Assembly (NCBI GenBank): GCA_040326155.1
Contig: JBEQLE010000045.1
Span: 1-34,298, forward strand
DNA from: Leptospirales bacterium
GTDB lineage: Bacteria; Spirochaetota; Leptospiria; Turneriellales; JAOUFE01
Length of the DNA stretch: 34,298 nt
Direction: 5' to 3'
Position numbers and translations under genes: made by a program
Notes under the pieces: generated by a model
Told to the model about the DNA's origin: nothing
Database searches by the model: none
The model's input: only the letters and a program-made list of their open reading frames with translations
Shown: positions 7,444 to 17,889 of the stretch, in pieces
Layout: each line of letters opens with the position of its first letter
Position numbering within the stretch: position 1 is the first letter of the stretch

Positions 7444-7734
7444 TCACGATACCCGACTCTTATCAATTAATTTCCCGGATACAAATTTATGTATCAAGCT
7501 AGAGATGAGCGTTTGATACGGAATTCCTTCGTCTATCGCTATATTTTGAATCGATTCTAAATCCTTTTCATTAATTCTGATATTGATTCTCTTATCTTTT
7601 CTTAAAGTATTTTTGGCATAGTTAGAATATTCTTTAATCTTACTATCCAGGTTTTGTACCGATTTCCATTCACCTTCTTCATAGGAGTTTAAAATCTCTT
7701 TTTCATGTTTTTTTAATTTAGGTTTCGCTGCCAT
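7444..7734 (-). CDS. antitoxin, CopG/BrnA-like
   Basis: KDKRINIRINEKDLESIQNIAIDEGIPYQTLISSLIH RHH motif. Downstream of and overlapping the toxin. Confidence 0.88.
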   Translation of the reverse strand: MAAKPKLKKHEKEILNSYEEGEWKSVQNLDSKIKEYSNYAKNTLRKDKRINIRINEKDLESIQNIAIDEGIPYQTLISSLIHKFVSGKLIDKSRVS

Positions 7735-8011
7735 AATCTTCCTCCTTTAAGTAGTCCCTGGTAGCTTTTCTACTTGGAATAATTGTTTTCAAGAATATTT
7801 CGTGATCATTTTCGACAAATGGGACCATGTAAATATATTTATTGATGTTTAGAAGAAAAATTTTCTGGTGTGGATATTTGCTTTTATTTGGATGTTCCAT
7901 TATATCAACAATCTTTCCAAGCTCTAGATAATGCGTTACAACTTCAAAAGAAATTCCCCTTTCTATTTGTAATTCCTGGTTTTTATCCTTATCCCAGTTA
8001 ATTTTCTTCAC
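7718..8011 (-). CDS. BrnT-like ribonuclease toxin
   Basis: INWDKDKNQELQIERGISFE..HPNKSKYPHQ..YMVPFVE..FLKTIIPSRKAT. Toxin-first operon order. GTG start. Confidence 0.88.
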   Translation of the reverse strand: MKKINWDKDKNQELQIERGISFEVVTHYLELGKIVDIMEHPNKSKYPHQKIFLLNINKYIYMVPFVENDHEIFLKTIIPSRKATRDYLKEEDYGSET

Positions 8012-8016
8012 TCATC

Positions 8017-8046
8017 ATAATATACACAATGTGTGCCCATTGTCAA
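8017..8046 (-). promoter_or_regulatory. TA promoter with palindromic operator
   Basis: Minus-strand TTGACA 8046-8041, 18 bp, TATTAT 8022-8017. Palindrome ACACA-A-TGTGT 8024-8034 lies in the spacer. Confidence 0.65.
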
Positions 8047-8140
8047 CAAATTTTTAAAATTGGCGATTGTAAAAACTGATATTAACTCAGGAAATATTTC
8101 CTTGACTAATTACTTCAGGCATTTACTTCTGATGGTCTCT

Positions 8141-8707
8141 ATGATAAGTTTCAGATTAATTCCATTATTATTCATTTTATTTATTGCATTATATAGTTTT
8201 GGGGGTTGTTCAAAAAATCATATAAAACATTTGAAAATCTTGCCATCTACCTTGCCAACTCATACAGAAACCGCAAACTCTTGTAATATTAAAACAGTTC
8301 AATTCTTTGTTAAATATGGCAGAGACTGTTCATCTGGATTATCTACATGTAAGTTTTTCTATAATATTGAGGGTGAAATTTTGAACAATTCACCAAATTG
8401 TCGTTTGCTGGGTTTTCAATTGTCGAAAGGGAATAGATCCATTTTAAAAAATGACAAAGTGAAAATTATGAAGCATGGTTTACCGAAAGGTGTTTTGAAC
8501 GAAATTGACAAAATCGAAACTCTTCAACTGGTTCCAGTTTGGGAACATAGTGGTTCACCAGGGTCGGACAATCGCTCCTACGATATTATACCGTATTTGT
8601 ATTCCATTATGTATACTGAAAAATTGTCCCACCCCTGGGGTCTAGATCTAAAAGAATTTATTTTGCAAGATCAGAAGGTGTTGATATTGCAATGGTATCC
8701 AAAGTAA
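8141..8707 (+). CDS. hypothetical lipoprotein
   Basis: ORF open from 8033. The likely start MISFRLIPLLFILFIALYSFGG-C gives a lipoprotein signal. Confidence 0.65.
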   Translation: MISFRLIPLLFILFIALYSFGGCSKNHIKHLKILPSTLPTHTETANSCNIKTVQFFVKYGRDCSSGLSTCKFFYNIEGEILNNSPNCRLLGFQLSKGNRSILKNDKVKIMKHGLPKGVLNEIDKIETLQLVPVWEHSGSPGSDNRSYDIIPYLYSIMYTEKLSHPWGLDLKEFILQDQKVLILQWYPK

Positions 8708-8789
8708 TACCATTATTATAAACATCCGACAACATCCTTAACCTGCATACGGCAAGTCGAAAATAGAATACGTTACTTTGACAGCGTAT

Positions 8790-9461
8790 TTATTTGTTAT
8801 TTGAATCTTTATCTGGAGAAGTTTTCTTTTTGGGTTTTTCCGTTTTTGTCGGTTTTTGAATTAGCTCAGAAGCGTCCTTCAATATCTTGTCAGCAATTCC
8901 ATACTTAATCGCTTCAGGTGCGTTCATCCAGTAATCCCTGTCTGTATCTTCAGCGATTTGTTCAATTGATTTTCCGGTGCTGTCTGATAATATCTGATTT
9001 AGCTCTGTACGAGTTTTTTTGATCTCTTCTGCATGTATTTTAATATCAATAGCGGGGGCAACAATCTGACCGGAAATAAGAGGTTGGTGAATCATTACTC
9101 TGGCATGTGAAAACATATATCTGTGACCTTTTTCTCCTGCGGAAAATAAAAGCGCTCCCATAGAAGCCGCCATGCCCATGTCTACGGTATATACGGGAGA
9201 CGAAATCATATTCATTAAATCGAATACAGCCATACCAGACGAGATGACTCCTCCTGGAGAGTTTATAAAAAAGTAAATCGGTTTGCCGGGTTCTTCATTT
9301 TCAAGGAACATAAATTTTTCGATTAAATCTTCTGACGATTTATCTTGAACGGCGCCCCATAAGTAGATTTGCCGATTTTTAACAAACTGCTCTTGAATTT
9401 TTTCTCGAAACCGACTAGGTTTTACATTTTCTTTATCATTATTTAGTTCATTTGTTTTCAT
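8790..9461 (-). CDS. clpP: ATP-dependent Clp protease proteolytic subunit
   Basis: INSPGG, GMAASMG (Ser), MIHQP (His), DRDYWM (Asp). ATG start at 9461; ORF open from 9500. Confidence 0.95.
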   Translation of the reverse strand: MKTNELNNDKENVKPSRFREKIQEQFVKNRQIYLWGAVQDKSSEDLIEKFMFLENEEPGKPIYFFINSPGGVISSGMAVFDLMNMISSPVYTVDMGMAASMGALLFSAGEKGHRYMFSHARVMIHQPLISGQIVAPAIDIKIHAEEIKKTRTELNQILSDSTGKSIEQIAEDTDRDYWMNAPEAIKYGIADKILKDASELIQKPTKTEKPKKKTSPDKDSNNK

Positions 9462-9523
9462 ATAATTCCCATTTGTATAGCGTTTGGATGAAAAAGCCAA
9501 CTAACCTTATACGGTAAACCATT

Positions 9524-10837
9524 TTATACTTTGACTCGCGTTATTTCCAGTCCCAGCGAGCGCAACCGTTCGTCTATTTTTTCGTATCCCCGATCAACCT
9601 GAATAATATTTTGAATATGAGATACACCTTTTGCACCCAGGGCTGCAATTACCAGAGCCATACCGGCGCGAATATCCGGGGAAACAAGCGTCGCCCCATG
9701 TAATTCCGATGGGCCGATCACCACCGCTCTATGAGGGTCACACAAAACAATCTTAGCACCCATAGAAATAAGCTTGTCGGTAAAATACAACCGACTTTCA
9801 AACATCTTTTCATGAATCAGTATAGTACCATCACACTGCGTTGCCGCAACCAGAGCAATCGAGACCATATCAGCCGGAAAGGCAGGCCACGGAGCATCGT
9901 CCAGTTTCGGAATTTCACCATGAACATCGGTCCGTATTTTCATGCTTTGGTTACCTGGCACAATTAAATCGGTTTGCGAGCCGTTCAGTTCATAATCGAA
10001 TATAATACCAAGTCTTTCAAATACCATTTTGATCATTCGCAAATCGCGCGGATAAACATCTGATATGGTAATTTCACCACCGGTAAGGGCGGCTATAGAT
10101 ATAAAACTTCCAATTTCCAGATAATCGGGACCGATGGTATGATCAGCCGGTTTTAAATTTTCATAACCGTCAATACCATGAATCGTAAGAATATTACTGC
10201 CTATACCCTCAATTTTTACACCCTGGGCGATCATAAACCGACATAAGCCCTGCACATGCGGTTCTGAGGCTGCATTTTCAATAATTGTAATTCCCTGTGC
10301 GACCGAAGCGGCCATAATTGCATTTTCTGTACCCGTAACCGAAGCTTCGTCCAGCAAAATTTGAGCCCCGCGAAGTTTTTTAGCTTCTATATAGTAACCT
10401 GCACGTTCGACGCGAACTGTCGCCCCGAGCGCCTCCATGGCAAGTAAATGAGTATCAATTCTTCTACGGCCGATTTTATCTCCGCCTGGCCTGGGTAGAT
10501 ATATTCGACCCGTCCGGCCTAAAAGAGCCCCCATCAAAGTTACCGAACCACGTATTTGCGAGCTGATTTCTTCAGGAAGATCTTGGGTATGTATATTAGA
10601 TGAATCTATTCGTAAGTTGTGAAAGTCACCTTTTTTTATCGGAGTTATTTTAACTCCCAGGTGTTCCAGTAATTTTATTAAATGTCGTACGTCTTGAATA
10701 TCAGGAATATTTTTTATCGTGGCACCTTCCGGGTTCAAAATGGCTGCGCATATTACCGGCAACGCCTCGTTTTTATTACCCTGCGGCTTAACAGTGCCTC
10801 TGGCAGGTATTCCACCCTCAATAACAAATTGCTCCAT
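9524..10837 (-). CDS. murA: UDP-N-acetylglucosamine 1-carboxyvinyltransferase
   Basis: [45 protein letters not shown] motifs. Confidence 0.97.
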   Translation of the reverse strand: MEQFVIEGGIPARGTVKPQGNKNEALPVICAAILNPEGATIKNIPDIQDVRHLIKLLEHLGVKITPIKKGDFHNLRIDSSNIHTQDLPEEISSQIRGSVTLMGALLGRTGRIYLPRPGGDKIGRRRIDTHLLAMEALGATVRVERAGYYIEAKKLRGAQILLDEASVTGTENAIMAASVAQGITIIENAASEPHVQGLCRFMIAQGVKIEGIGSNILTIHGIDGYENLKPADHTIGPDYLEIGSFISIAALTGGEITISDVYPRDLRMIKMVFERLGIIFDYELNGSQTDLIVPGNQSMKIRTDVHGEIPKLDDAPWPAFPADMVSIALVAATQCDGTILIHEKMFESRLYFTDKLISMGAKIVLCDPHRAVVIGPSELHGATLVSPDIRAGMALVIAALGAKGVSHIQNIIQVDRGYEKIDERLRSLGLEITRVKV

Positions 10838-11646
10838 TAGAAAACCGGAAGGTTCAATACATCTCTCATGCCGTACATTCCCGGTGGTTTACCGACAATA
10901 TACTTTAAAGCATTAATCGCGCCGGAGGCAAACACATCGCGTGACATAGCCTGGTGCTTCAGTTCAATTCGTTCTCCGTTTCCCAGAAAAAATACCGTGT
11001 GGTCTCCAACGACATCTCCTCCGCGTAACGCAAAACTGCCTAACTCTTTATCGGGTCTTTCGCCGATAATTCCTTCTCTTCCGTACACAACATCTTTGTT
11101 CGTTAAACCGGCTTTTTTAGATATAATTTCTTCCAGCGTTTTAGCCGTACCCGAAGGGGCGTCTTTTTTAAACCTATGGTGTATTTCGCTCATTTCAGTA
11201 TCAAACCCCAGATTCACCAACGTGCCGGCGGCAAGTTCAGTCAGGGCAAATAACATATTGACACCAATACTCATATTCGAAGCCATTAAAACAGGAATCT
11301 CTAAAGATGCTTTTTTTATCGCTGAAGTTTGTTCTTCCGAAAAACCCGTTGTTCCAATGACCAAAGGAATTTTCTTTTCGACGAACAGACCTAAGTATTT
11401 ATCCATCGCGTTGGGCAATGAAAAGTCGATCACCCCGTCAATATTATGAAGCGCGTCTGGTGAAACTTCACTGATTTTTATTGGTTTTCCATCAGGAAAA
11501 TAAGATTCATAATTGCCGTCGATAAAATCGGGGTGGGCCGGATTATCAAAACCTACCGCACATTCCATTTCGTCTAATGATGTCGATAAAGCTGCAATCG
11601 TACGCCCCATTCTTCCGAGTGCTCCCATCATTCCAAATTTAATCAT
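10837..11646 (-). CDS. dapB: 4-hydroxy-tetrahydrodipicolinate reductase
   Basis: [38 protein letters not shown]. Confidence 0.97.
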   Translation of the reverse strand: MIKFGMMGALGRMGRTIAALSTSLDEMECAVGFDNPAHPDFIDGNYESYFPDGKPIKISEVSPDALHNIDGVIDFSLPNAMDKYLGLFVEKKIPLVIGTTGFSEEQTSAIKKASLEIPVLMASNMSIGVNMLFALTELAAGTLVNLGFDTEMSEIHHRFKKDAPSGTAKTLEEIISKKAGLTNKDVVYGREGIIGERPDKELGSFALRGGDVVGDHTVFFLGNGERIELKHQAMSRDVFASGAINALKYIVGKPPGMYGMRDVLNLPVF

Positions 11647-12532
11647 TATTCGCCTCTAATTCTACAAGTATATTTTCGATGGAACTTTCATGTTGTTTTG
11701 AAATTGGCGTCAAGGGAAGACGAAGAACATTTTGGATTTTCTTTTGAACGGACAGTGCGTATTTTACCGGTATCGGGTTAGATTCTAAAAACATGGCTCT
11801 CATTAAAGGAAAAAGTTTGTAAAAAATCTTTTTGCTCTCTTCTGTATCTCCGGCAAAGTATTTCGCCGTCATCTGTACTGCCAAAGCGGGATACAAGTTT
11901 GAAACAACACTGATGACCCCTTTTCCACCGATAGATAAAATCGGTAAAAGCAGATTATCATCACCCGAAAGCAATGCAAAATTTTCATGCACACTTTCTA
12001 TAATTTGAGCCATGAAACTTATATCACCAGTCGCTTCTTTTATACCGGCAATGTTTTCATGTCGAGATAATTCAACGATTGTTTCTAACTCTAATTTTAT
12101 GGAGGTTCGACCCGGTATATTATATAAAATAATAGGTATTTTTGACGAATCAGCTATTTTACAAAAATGCTGTATCATTCCATCTTGGGTGGGTTTATTA
12201 TAATACGGATTCACAACAAGAGCAAAATCTGCTCCGACTTCAGCCGCAGCCGATGTCAATGTAATGGCCTCTTTCGTAGAGTTTGAACCGGTACCGGCAA
12301 TTACAGCCATATCGCTTCTTTTCTCTTTCGACCATGTTACAACCTTTGTAATCACATCCAGGTGTTCTTTATGTGTTAACGTGGGACTTTCCCCGGTTGT
12401 TCCACAGGGAACTATTCCGGCAACTCCCGCGTCTGCCTGTTCGTGAATCAGCTTTTTCAAAGCTTCATAATCGATTTCCTCGGAAGCTGTGAACGGGGTT
12501 ACAATTGCGGTATACGTACCTTTTAAACGCAT
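11639..12532 (-). CDS. dapA: 4-hydroxy-tetrahydrodipicolinate synthase
   Basis: GTTGESPTL, PYYNKP, YNIPGRT, GIKEATG, ESNPIPVK. ATG start at 12532; ORF open from 12550. Confidence 0.97.
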   Translation of the reverse strand: MRLKGTYTAIVTPFTASEEIDYEALKKLIHEQADAGVAGIVPCGTTGESPTLTHKEHLDVITKVVTWSKEKRSDMAVIAGTGSNSTKEAITLTSAAAEVGADFALVVNPYYNKPTQDGMIQHFCKIADSSKIPIILYNIPGRTSIKLELETIVELSRHENIAGIKEATGDISFMAQIIESVHENFALLSGDDNLLLPILSIGGKGVISVVSNLYPALAVQMTAKYFAGDTEESKKIFYKLFPLMRAMFLESNPIPVKYALSVQKKIQNVLRLPLTPISKQHESSIENILVELEANND

Positions 12533-12648
12533 TTGCACAAATTCGAACAAAAAGACACGTTGTCTATGAAAAAATATTTACAAGAACGGTCATTATTCTT
12601 CTAGGTAAACATAGATAAATGCCGATTATAAGATGAGAGAAAAACAAT

Positions 12649-13386
12649 ATGTTAAAAAACAAAAGAATACAGACTTTATTAATTATTATTTTATTTTCCA
12701 TACCCGCAATATCCTTTGCTCAAAACAAAACCGGGGGAGTACACGGAATCGCCTGGGGAACTTCATTTGAAAATGTACTTGATCATTTTCGTGAGCTGGC
12801 AAAGAATCCGAAAAATGAAGTAACAGCAACCATACTCAATGTACGCCCCGATGAAGAAATATTAGTAAAACGAAACGAAATTCGTTACCGGTATTTCTTC
12901 TACCTGCGTCCAGATATCGTGTTAGAAAACAAGCCCAAAGAAGAAGGGTCTGACACAGCAGAAGAAGCCGAAGGCTTTGAACCACTTGCCGATGAAGGAA
13001 CTGACGATATACCCGAAGAGACAACAGAACCAGCCACCGAGACTACAGAGGAAGATATTAAAGTAGAAGTGACAAACGAGAATTTTCCCAGATTTTTCTT
13101 TATGGAAACTAAATTTGCCTATGTTCCTTCCCAGGAGCTGCTGGAACTTCTCAAAAAAAGATATGGCAACCCGACCCTTACAAAACTTGACAAGGATGGT
13201 GTGGGTGCCTATGTCTGGGAGCTTAAAACGGGTTACATTGTTCAATGGGTGGACCTCTATGATAAAAAACCATTTTCACGAAGTATTTACTACATTTCCA
13301 AAACCATAATGGAAGAAATTAACCGCGACTATGCTAAATATGAATATACCAGAGAAATTCAGACTTTAAGAGACATTCTGCCTTAG
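12649..13386 (+). CDS. hypothetical exported protein with acidic linker
   Basis: 245 aa with signal peptide (..AISFA-Q), a GIAWGTS motif and an E/T/D-rich central stretch. Confidence 0.8.
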   Translation: MLKNKRIQTLLIIILFSIPAISFAQNKTGGVHGIAWGTSFENVLDHFRELAKNPKNEVTATILNVRPDEEILVKRNEIRYRYFFYLRPDIVLENKPKEEGSDTAEEAEGFEPLADEGTDDIPEETTEPATETTEEDIKVEVTNENFPRFFFMETKFAYVPSQELLELLKKRYGNPTLTKLDKDGVGAYVWELKTGYIVQWVDLYDKKPFSRSIYYISKTIMEEINRDYAKYEYTREIQTLRDILP

Positions 13387-13420
13387 GTTGAAAGCTCATT
13401 ATTCTTTTTTAGGAATATAA

Positions 13421-14098
13421 TTATAGGGAAGATAAAATTTCTGAAACAGAACGAACGGGGTCAATGGCCTGGGTAATGGGACGTCCGACTACTATATGCG
13501 ATGCTCCAGAGTTTTTTGCCTCTGCCGGTGTGACTATCCGTTTTTGATCGCCCGCATCCACTCCAACAGGTCGTATACCAGGGTTCACAATAATTAAATC
13601 GTTGCCTAGTTTTTCTCGAACAATACTCGTTTCAGCTCCGGAACAGATAATTCCATGACCGCCATTTTTTAACGTTAACTCGGCTCTTTCTAGAACCTGA
13701 TCAGAAATATTTTTACCGCTCGGCTCTTTGGCCTGACTGGTAAGAACTGTAACATTCAAAATCTTTACAGCGCTTTCTTGCGCCGCTTCTGCAGCTGCTT
13801 TTACACCGTCAGAACTGGTAAACACAGTCAATAAATCTACATTAAGTCTGGAAAGTGATTTTACTGCTTTGGATATTGTGTTGGGTATATCGTTAATTTT
13901 CAGGTCTAAGAAAACTTTTTTATCAAGTTTCTTCAAATCTTCTATAATTTCAAACCCGGCAGAGTAAAATAGCTGCATACCGACTTTATAGTAATTTACA
14001 TTTTCCAATCTCGAAACAAGCTCCAAAGCGTCTTGCTTCTTGTCGTAATCAAGAGCTACAATAAGAAAATCAGTATTACTCTTCGGCGTATTCATCAT
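13421..14098 (-). CDS. pyrF: orotidine-5'-phosphate decarboxylase
   Basis: LIVALD, YKVG, FLDLKINDIPNT, VTVLTS, PGIRP, DQKR, VVGRPI. Likely start 14098 or 14095. Confidence 0.96.
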   Translation of the reverse strand: MMNTPKSNTDFLIVALDYDKKQDALELVSRLENVNYYKVGMQLFYSAGFEIIEDLKKLDKKVFLDLKINDIPNTISKAVKSLSRLNVDLLTVFTSSDGVKAAAEAAQESAVKILNVTVLTSQAKEPSGKNISDQVLERAELTLKNGGHGIICSGAETSIVREKLGNDLIIVNPGIRPVGVDAGDQKRIVTPAEAKNSGASHIVVGRPITQAIDPVRSVSEILSSL

Positions 14099-14441
14099 CA
14101 GAATTGTCTGATTCATCTTGCCCGAGATATTGAATATTGATAATTTTATCAAGCATCACTACATCAAAAACGCTTTTCAGGTCAGGATTTGCATTTACAA
14201 TTCGCAATCGGCCATTATGCCGAACCAGACTCATTTGAATATTTACAAACTGAGCGATAAGCTCTGAATTGGCTGAGCCTAGATTGGCAAGGTCAAATTC
14301 AAAATCTAACCCTTCGGTAGTAGATGTACTTAACTCTTCATTAACAGTGTATAAATTTCTTATTATATTAATTAATCCGAGTTGATTGTCTCGCGGTTCA
14401 ACAACGAGTGCCCATTTGGTATCGGATTTATCTATTAGCAT
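14076..14441 (-). CDS. STAS-domain anti-sigma factor antagonist-like protein
   Basis: FDLANLGSANSELIAQFV..GRLRIVNANPDLKSVFDVVMLDKII fits the STAS pattern. Confidence 0.8.
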   Translation of the reverse strand: MLIDKSDTKWALVVEPRDNQLGLINIIRNLYTVNEELSTSTTEGLDFEFDLANLGSANSELIAQFVNIQMSLVRHNGRLRIVNANPDLKSVFDVVMLDKIINIQYLGQDESDNSDDEYAEE

Positions 14442-14535
14442 AAGAGCTTCACGACACGTATGCGATATCGTGTATACTATTTTTTAGGTTTGACGAGCTG
14501 TAAACGTGAGTTTACCTTAGTTATAGTCCGTATTT

Positions 14536-15342
14536 ATGAAAAACAATGTTTATAATATAATCCACTACGAATATGTGAAGCCAAACTTGAAAAAGCCGCT
14601 AATCTACTCGGTTTTACTTCACCTTGTCCTGGGTATTTACCTGGGACTAAATTCTACGCCATCTCCTGCAGGTTCCGTCTCGCTATCGATGATTATAGGT
14701 GATGGAAATGGTGATGAAGCCATCGAAGAAGGTGAACTACCTGAAAACAACGAGAATATGGAAGCAACCGAGAACGTCACCAGCGATTCGATCGAAGAAG
14801 ATATAGATATACCAGGCATTGGTTTTAATAATTCCGAGTACAAAGCCAATAATGCAAGGAACGAAACAGATTACGACCCAGGCTCCAACGGTAAAAACAC
14901 AAATCGTGATTATAACGTAAGCAATACCAATCGCGACACTGAAAACATTGACGAATGGGCAGAACATGAAACTCAAAAAATTAATAGTGATAAGTCAACT
15001 ACCAGTGACAAGGTTCGGGAGCCAGGAAAAGCGAGAATTAAGGCCCAAAAAATAAAATGGTTTAAAGGAACACCTAGAGTTATCACTTACGAGCCCAAAA
15101 TAGAATTTCCGGAAATATTTCGCAGCCGGGGAATGCAATATGAAGTTGTTATAAAAATTTCGGTGAATAGCGAAGGCCATGTTGTCAGCGCGGAAATTGA
15201 AAAAGGATGCGGCGAAACAAGGCTCGATATTCTAGCGCGCAACGGACTAATGGATACAAGGTTTAAGAAAAAAGAGTCAAGCAGTGGAAACGATGACCTG
15301 GATATTGCATACATTATCGTTGCATTTGCTTTTCCCAAATAG
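14536..15342 (+). CDS. TonB-family energy transducer (TonB C-terminal domain)
   Basis: N-terminal TM with SVLLH motif. C-terminal FPEIFRSRGMQYEVVIKISVNSEGHVVSAEIEKGCG..LD. Confidence 0.82.
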   Translation: MKNNVYNIIHYEYVKPNLKKPLIYSVLLHLVLGIYLGLNSTPSPAGSVSLSMIIGDGNGDEAIEEGELPENNENMEATENVTSDSIEEDIDIPGIGFNNSEYKANNARNETDYDPGSNGKNTNRDYNVSNTNRDTENIDEWAEHETQKINSDKSTTSDKVREPGKARIKAQKIKWFKGTPRVITYEPKIEFPEIFRSRGMQYEVVIKISVNSEGHVVSAEIEKGCGETRLDILARNGLMDTRFKKKESSSGNDDLDIAYIIVAFAFPK

Positions 15343-15404
15343 GTGGATATTGGTTTGCTTTTTTCAATAGCTTTGACAACATCTGTAAAGGAATTTATAA
15401 TTAT

Positions 15405-16178
15405 ATGAACGATACCGAAAGCGAATTTATTGCCAAAATTTCTAACCTCTCTCTGGTTATACAAGGTGAAACAATTCTAGAGAATATAAACTTTAACTTG
15501 AAACCCGGTGAAACGTTTGCCATTATCGGTAAGAACGGGGCCGGGAAAACCATGTTGTTAAAATCGCTGATTGGAATTTTTACTCCCACACGAGGAGATG
15601 TTCACATGTTTAATGTGGACATGGTCAACACGAAAGAGAGCCAATTAGTCCCTATTCGTCAAAAAACCGGCTATGTGTTTCAAAAAAGTGGACTGTTTGA
15701 CTCCTTGACAGTCGAAGATAATGTTTTATTTGCACTGGAACGCTTTACGGGAAAAAAAAGAGAAGAACTTTCTGCCAAAGTAACAAGCCTTTTGGCCAGT
15801 ACCGGACTAAAGGGTGTAGAAAAAAAATTTCCCAGTGAACTTTCCGGGGGAATGCAAAAAAGGGCGGGAATTGCCCGTGCCATTGCTATGGACCCGGACT
15901 TACTTTTAATGGATGACCCCACAGCAGGGTTGGACCCGATCTTATCAGATGCCATAGGCGAACTCATATTGGATATTAAAAAAGTAAAACAGATGACTAC
16001 AATTATTGTTACCCACGATATTAAACTGGCGTATAAACTCGCCGACCGTATTGCGCTGATGCATGAAGGAAAATTCATTTCTGTTTTAGATACCGAAAAG
16101 TTCAAAATTTCGGACAACCCTTATATTTATCAATATAGAAACAAGTTGCTCGAAGGTCCTATTAGTGTTATTCGATAA
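15405..16178 (+). CDS. ABC transporter ATP-binding protein, MlaF/Ttg2A-like
   Basis: GKNGAGKT, GYVFQKSGLFDSLTV, PSELSGGMQKRAGIARA, LLMDDPTAGLDP, VTHD. Confidence 0.9.
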   Translation: MNDTESEFIAKISNLSLVIQGETILENINFNLKPGETFAIIGKNGAGKTMLLKSLIGIFTPTRGDVHMFNVDMVNTKESQLVPIRQKTGYVFQKSGLFDSLTVEDNVLFALERFTGKKREELSAKVTSLLASTGLKGVEKKFPSELSGGMQKRAGIARAIAMDPDLLLMDDPTAGLDPILSDAIGELILDIKKVKQMTTIIVTHDIKLAYKLADRIALMHEGKFISVLDTEKFKISDNPYIYQYRNKLLEGPISVIR

Positions 16179-17230
16179 ACAATAAATCTCTATGATATCT
16201 TTTGAATTTTTTAGAAAAGAACTTAGCAAGTGGTTTAATGAAAACAGGGAAAACCATTTTTTTCGGCAAGACCGCACCGCTTACAAAACCTGGATAAGTG
16301 AAGTGGCTTTGCAACAAACACGCATACAGGCGGCGTTAACACCTTTAAAAAGGTTTTTAGATGCTTTTCCTGATGTTTATTCACTGGCCCAAAGTGACGA
16401 GGAGAGCGTCGTACACGCATTTCGTGGTCTTGGCTATTACAATCGCGCTCGAAACCTTAGAAAAGGGGCTAAGTTCATTGTGGAAAACCACAGTGGCAAA
16501 ATGCCTGCAACATACCAGGAGTTGTTGAAAATTCCATCGATAGGGCCATACACTGCCTCTGCAATAGCTTCTATTTGCTTTCAAGAAAAAGTTGGTGTCA
16601 TTGATGGCAATGTGAAAAGAATATACGCACGCTTACATGCAGTTAACCAGAAAATAACAAGCCATATATTCAATAAGAATCTTGAAACTTTCATGTCATC
16701 TTTTATAAATTCTAATCTACCACCTGGAGATTTAAACGAAGCACTTATGGAGTTTGGGCAAAAAGTATGCGTTGCAAAGTCACCAGAATGTTCAAAATGT
16801 CCATTTAACCGCGAATGCAAAGGTTGCCTCGAAGGTAAACCAGAAGAGTATCCGGTAAGAGATCAGGCGATAGAAAAAGTTAAAGTGGAATGGCATGTGT
16901 TAATATATAAAAATGGTAATAAAATAGCCGTCGAAAAATATAAAGATTTTCGGTTTTTAAAATCTCATTGGGGATTTCCCTCATTTTTGAATTTCCCTGG
17001 AAGCGCGATGGAGAGTTCAGCGGGTGTTAAAAATAAAATCGATTCGGCAGAAACAATTGGCGGGCTTTCTCATACGATTACACACCATAAAATTAAATTT
17101 GTAATTTATTCTTATACTTCCGGGGTTAAAGACGAAGGATATGAATGGGTTTTAATCGATGACATGGAAAAAAAGTTAGCGGCAAGTTGTTTATCGAAGG
17201 TATGGAATATCTACAAAAAGCAGTTAGATT

Positions 17231-17315
<85 letters not shown>

Positions 17316-17332
17316 GTTATAAAAAATTTCGA

Positions 17333-17875
17333 TTATTTTTCAGCTGTTACTGCAGCTTTTTCTGTTTTAGGTTTTTTAGCTGATTTCTTCTCAACTTTTG
17401 CGGTTGCTTTTGTTGATGCGACTGGCGCTGGAACTGTTTTTGAAGATTTCTTTGCCAAAGCTTCGCGTACGGTTTTTCGATCGTCTTTAATCTGCGCGAT
17501 CTCTTTCTTTTCTACCAACTCAAGTATAGCCATTTCGGAATTATCTGAGGCGCGTCTTCCGGTACGAATAATACGCGTGTAACCTCCGGGTCTTTCAGTA
17601 TAGCGAGGTCCAATATCGTTGAATAGTTTATTTAAAACTTCTTGATCTTTAACAATACGGGCTGCTTGTCTTAAGTTATGTAATTTAGCTTCTTCTTGAG
17701 TTCCTTTTTTCGCTCTGGTAATCAGTTTTTCCGCTAATATTCTTGCCGCTTTCGTTTTGGCCACAGTGCTTTCAATTCTTTCATGAAATAGCAGACTGGT
17801 CACCATATTGCCAAGCATCGCTTTTCTGTGCGCACTTGTTCTTTGTAATTGTTTAACTTTATTACGTTTTCTCAT
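17333..17875 (-). CDS. rplQ: 50S ribosomal protein L17 with K/A-rich tail
   Basis: RTSAHRKAML, RPGGYTRII, DNSEMAILELV. Confidence 0.97.
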   Translation of the reverse strand: MRKRNKVKQLQRTSAHRKAMLGNMVTSLLFHERIESTVAKTKAARILAEKLITRAKKGTQEEAKLHNLRQAARIVKDQEVLNKLFNDIGPRYTERPGGYTRIIRTGRRASDNSEMAILELVEKKEIAQIKDDRKTVREALAKKSSKTVPAPVASTKATAKVEKKSAKKPKTEKAAVTAEK

Positions 17876-17889
17876 GTTAGTCTCCCGCG

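Noticed and set aside
7281..7466. 61-aa minus-strand ORF
   Set aside because: It is just the translation of the intron-end remnant and spacer.
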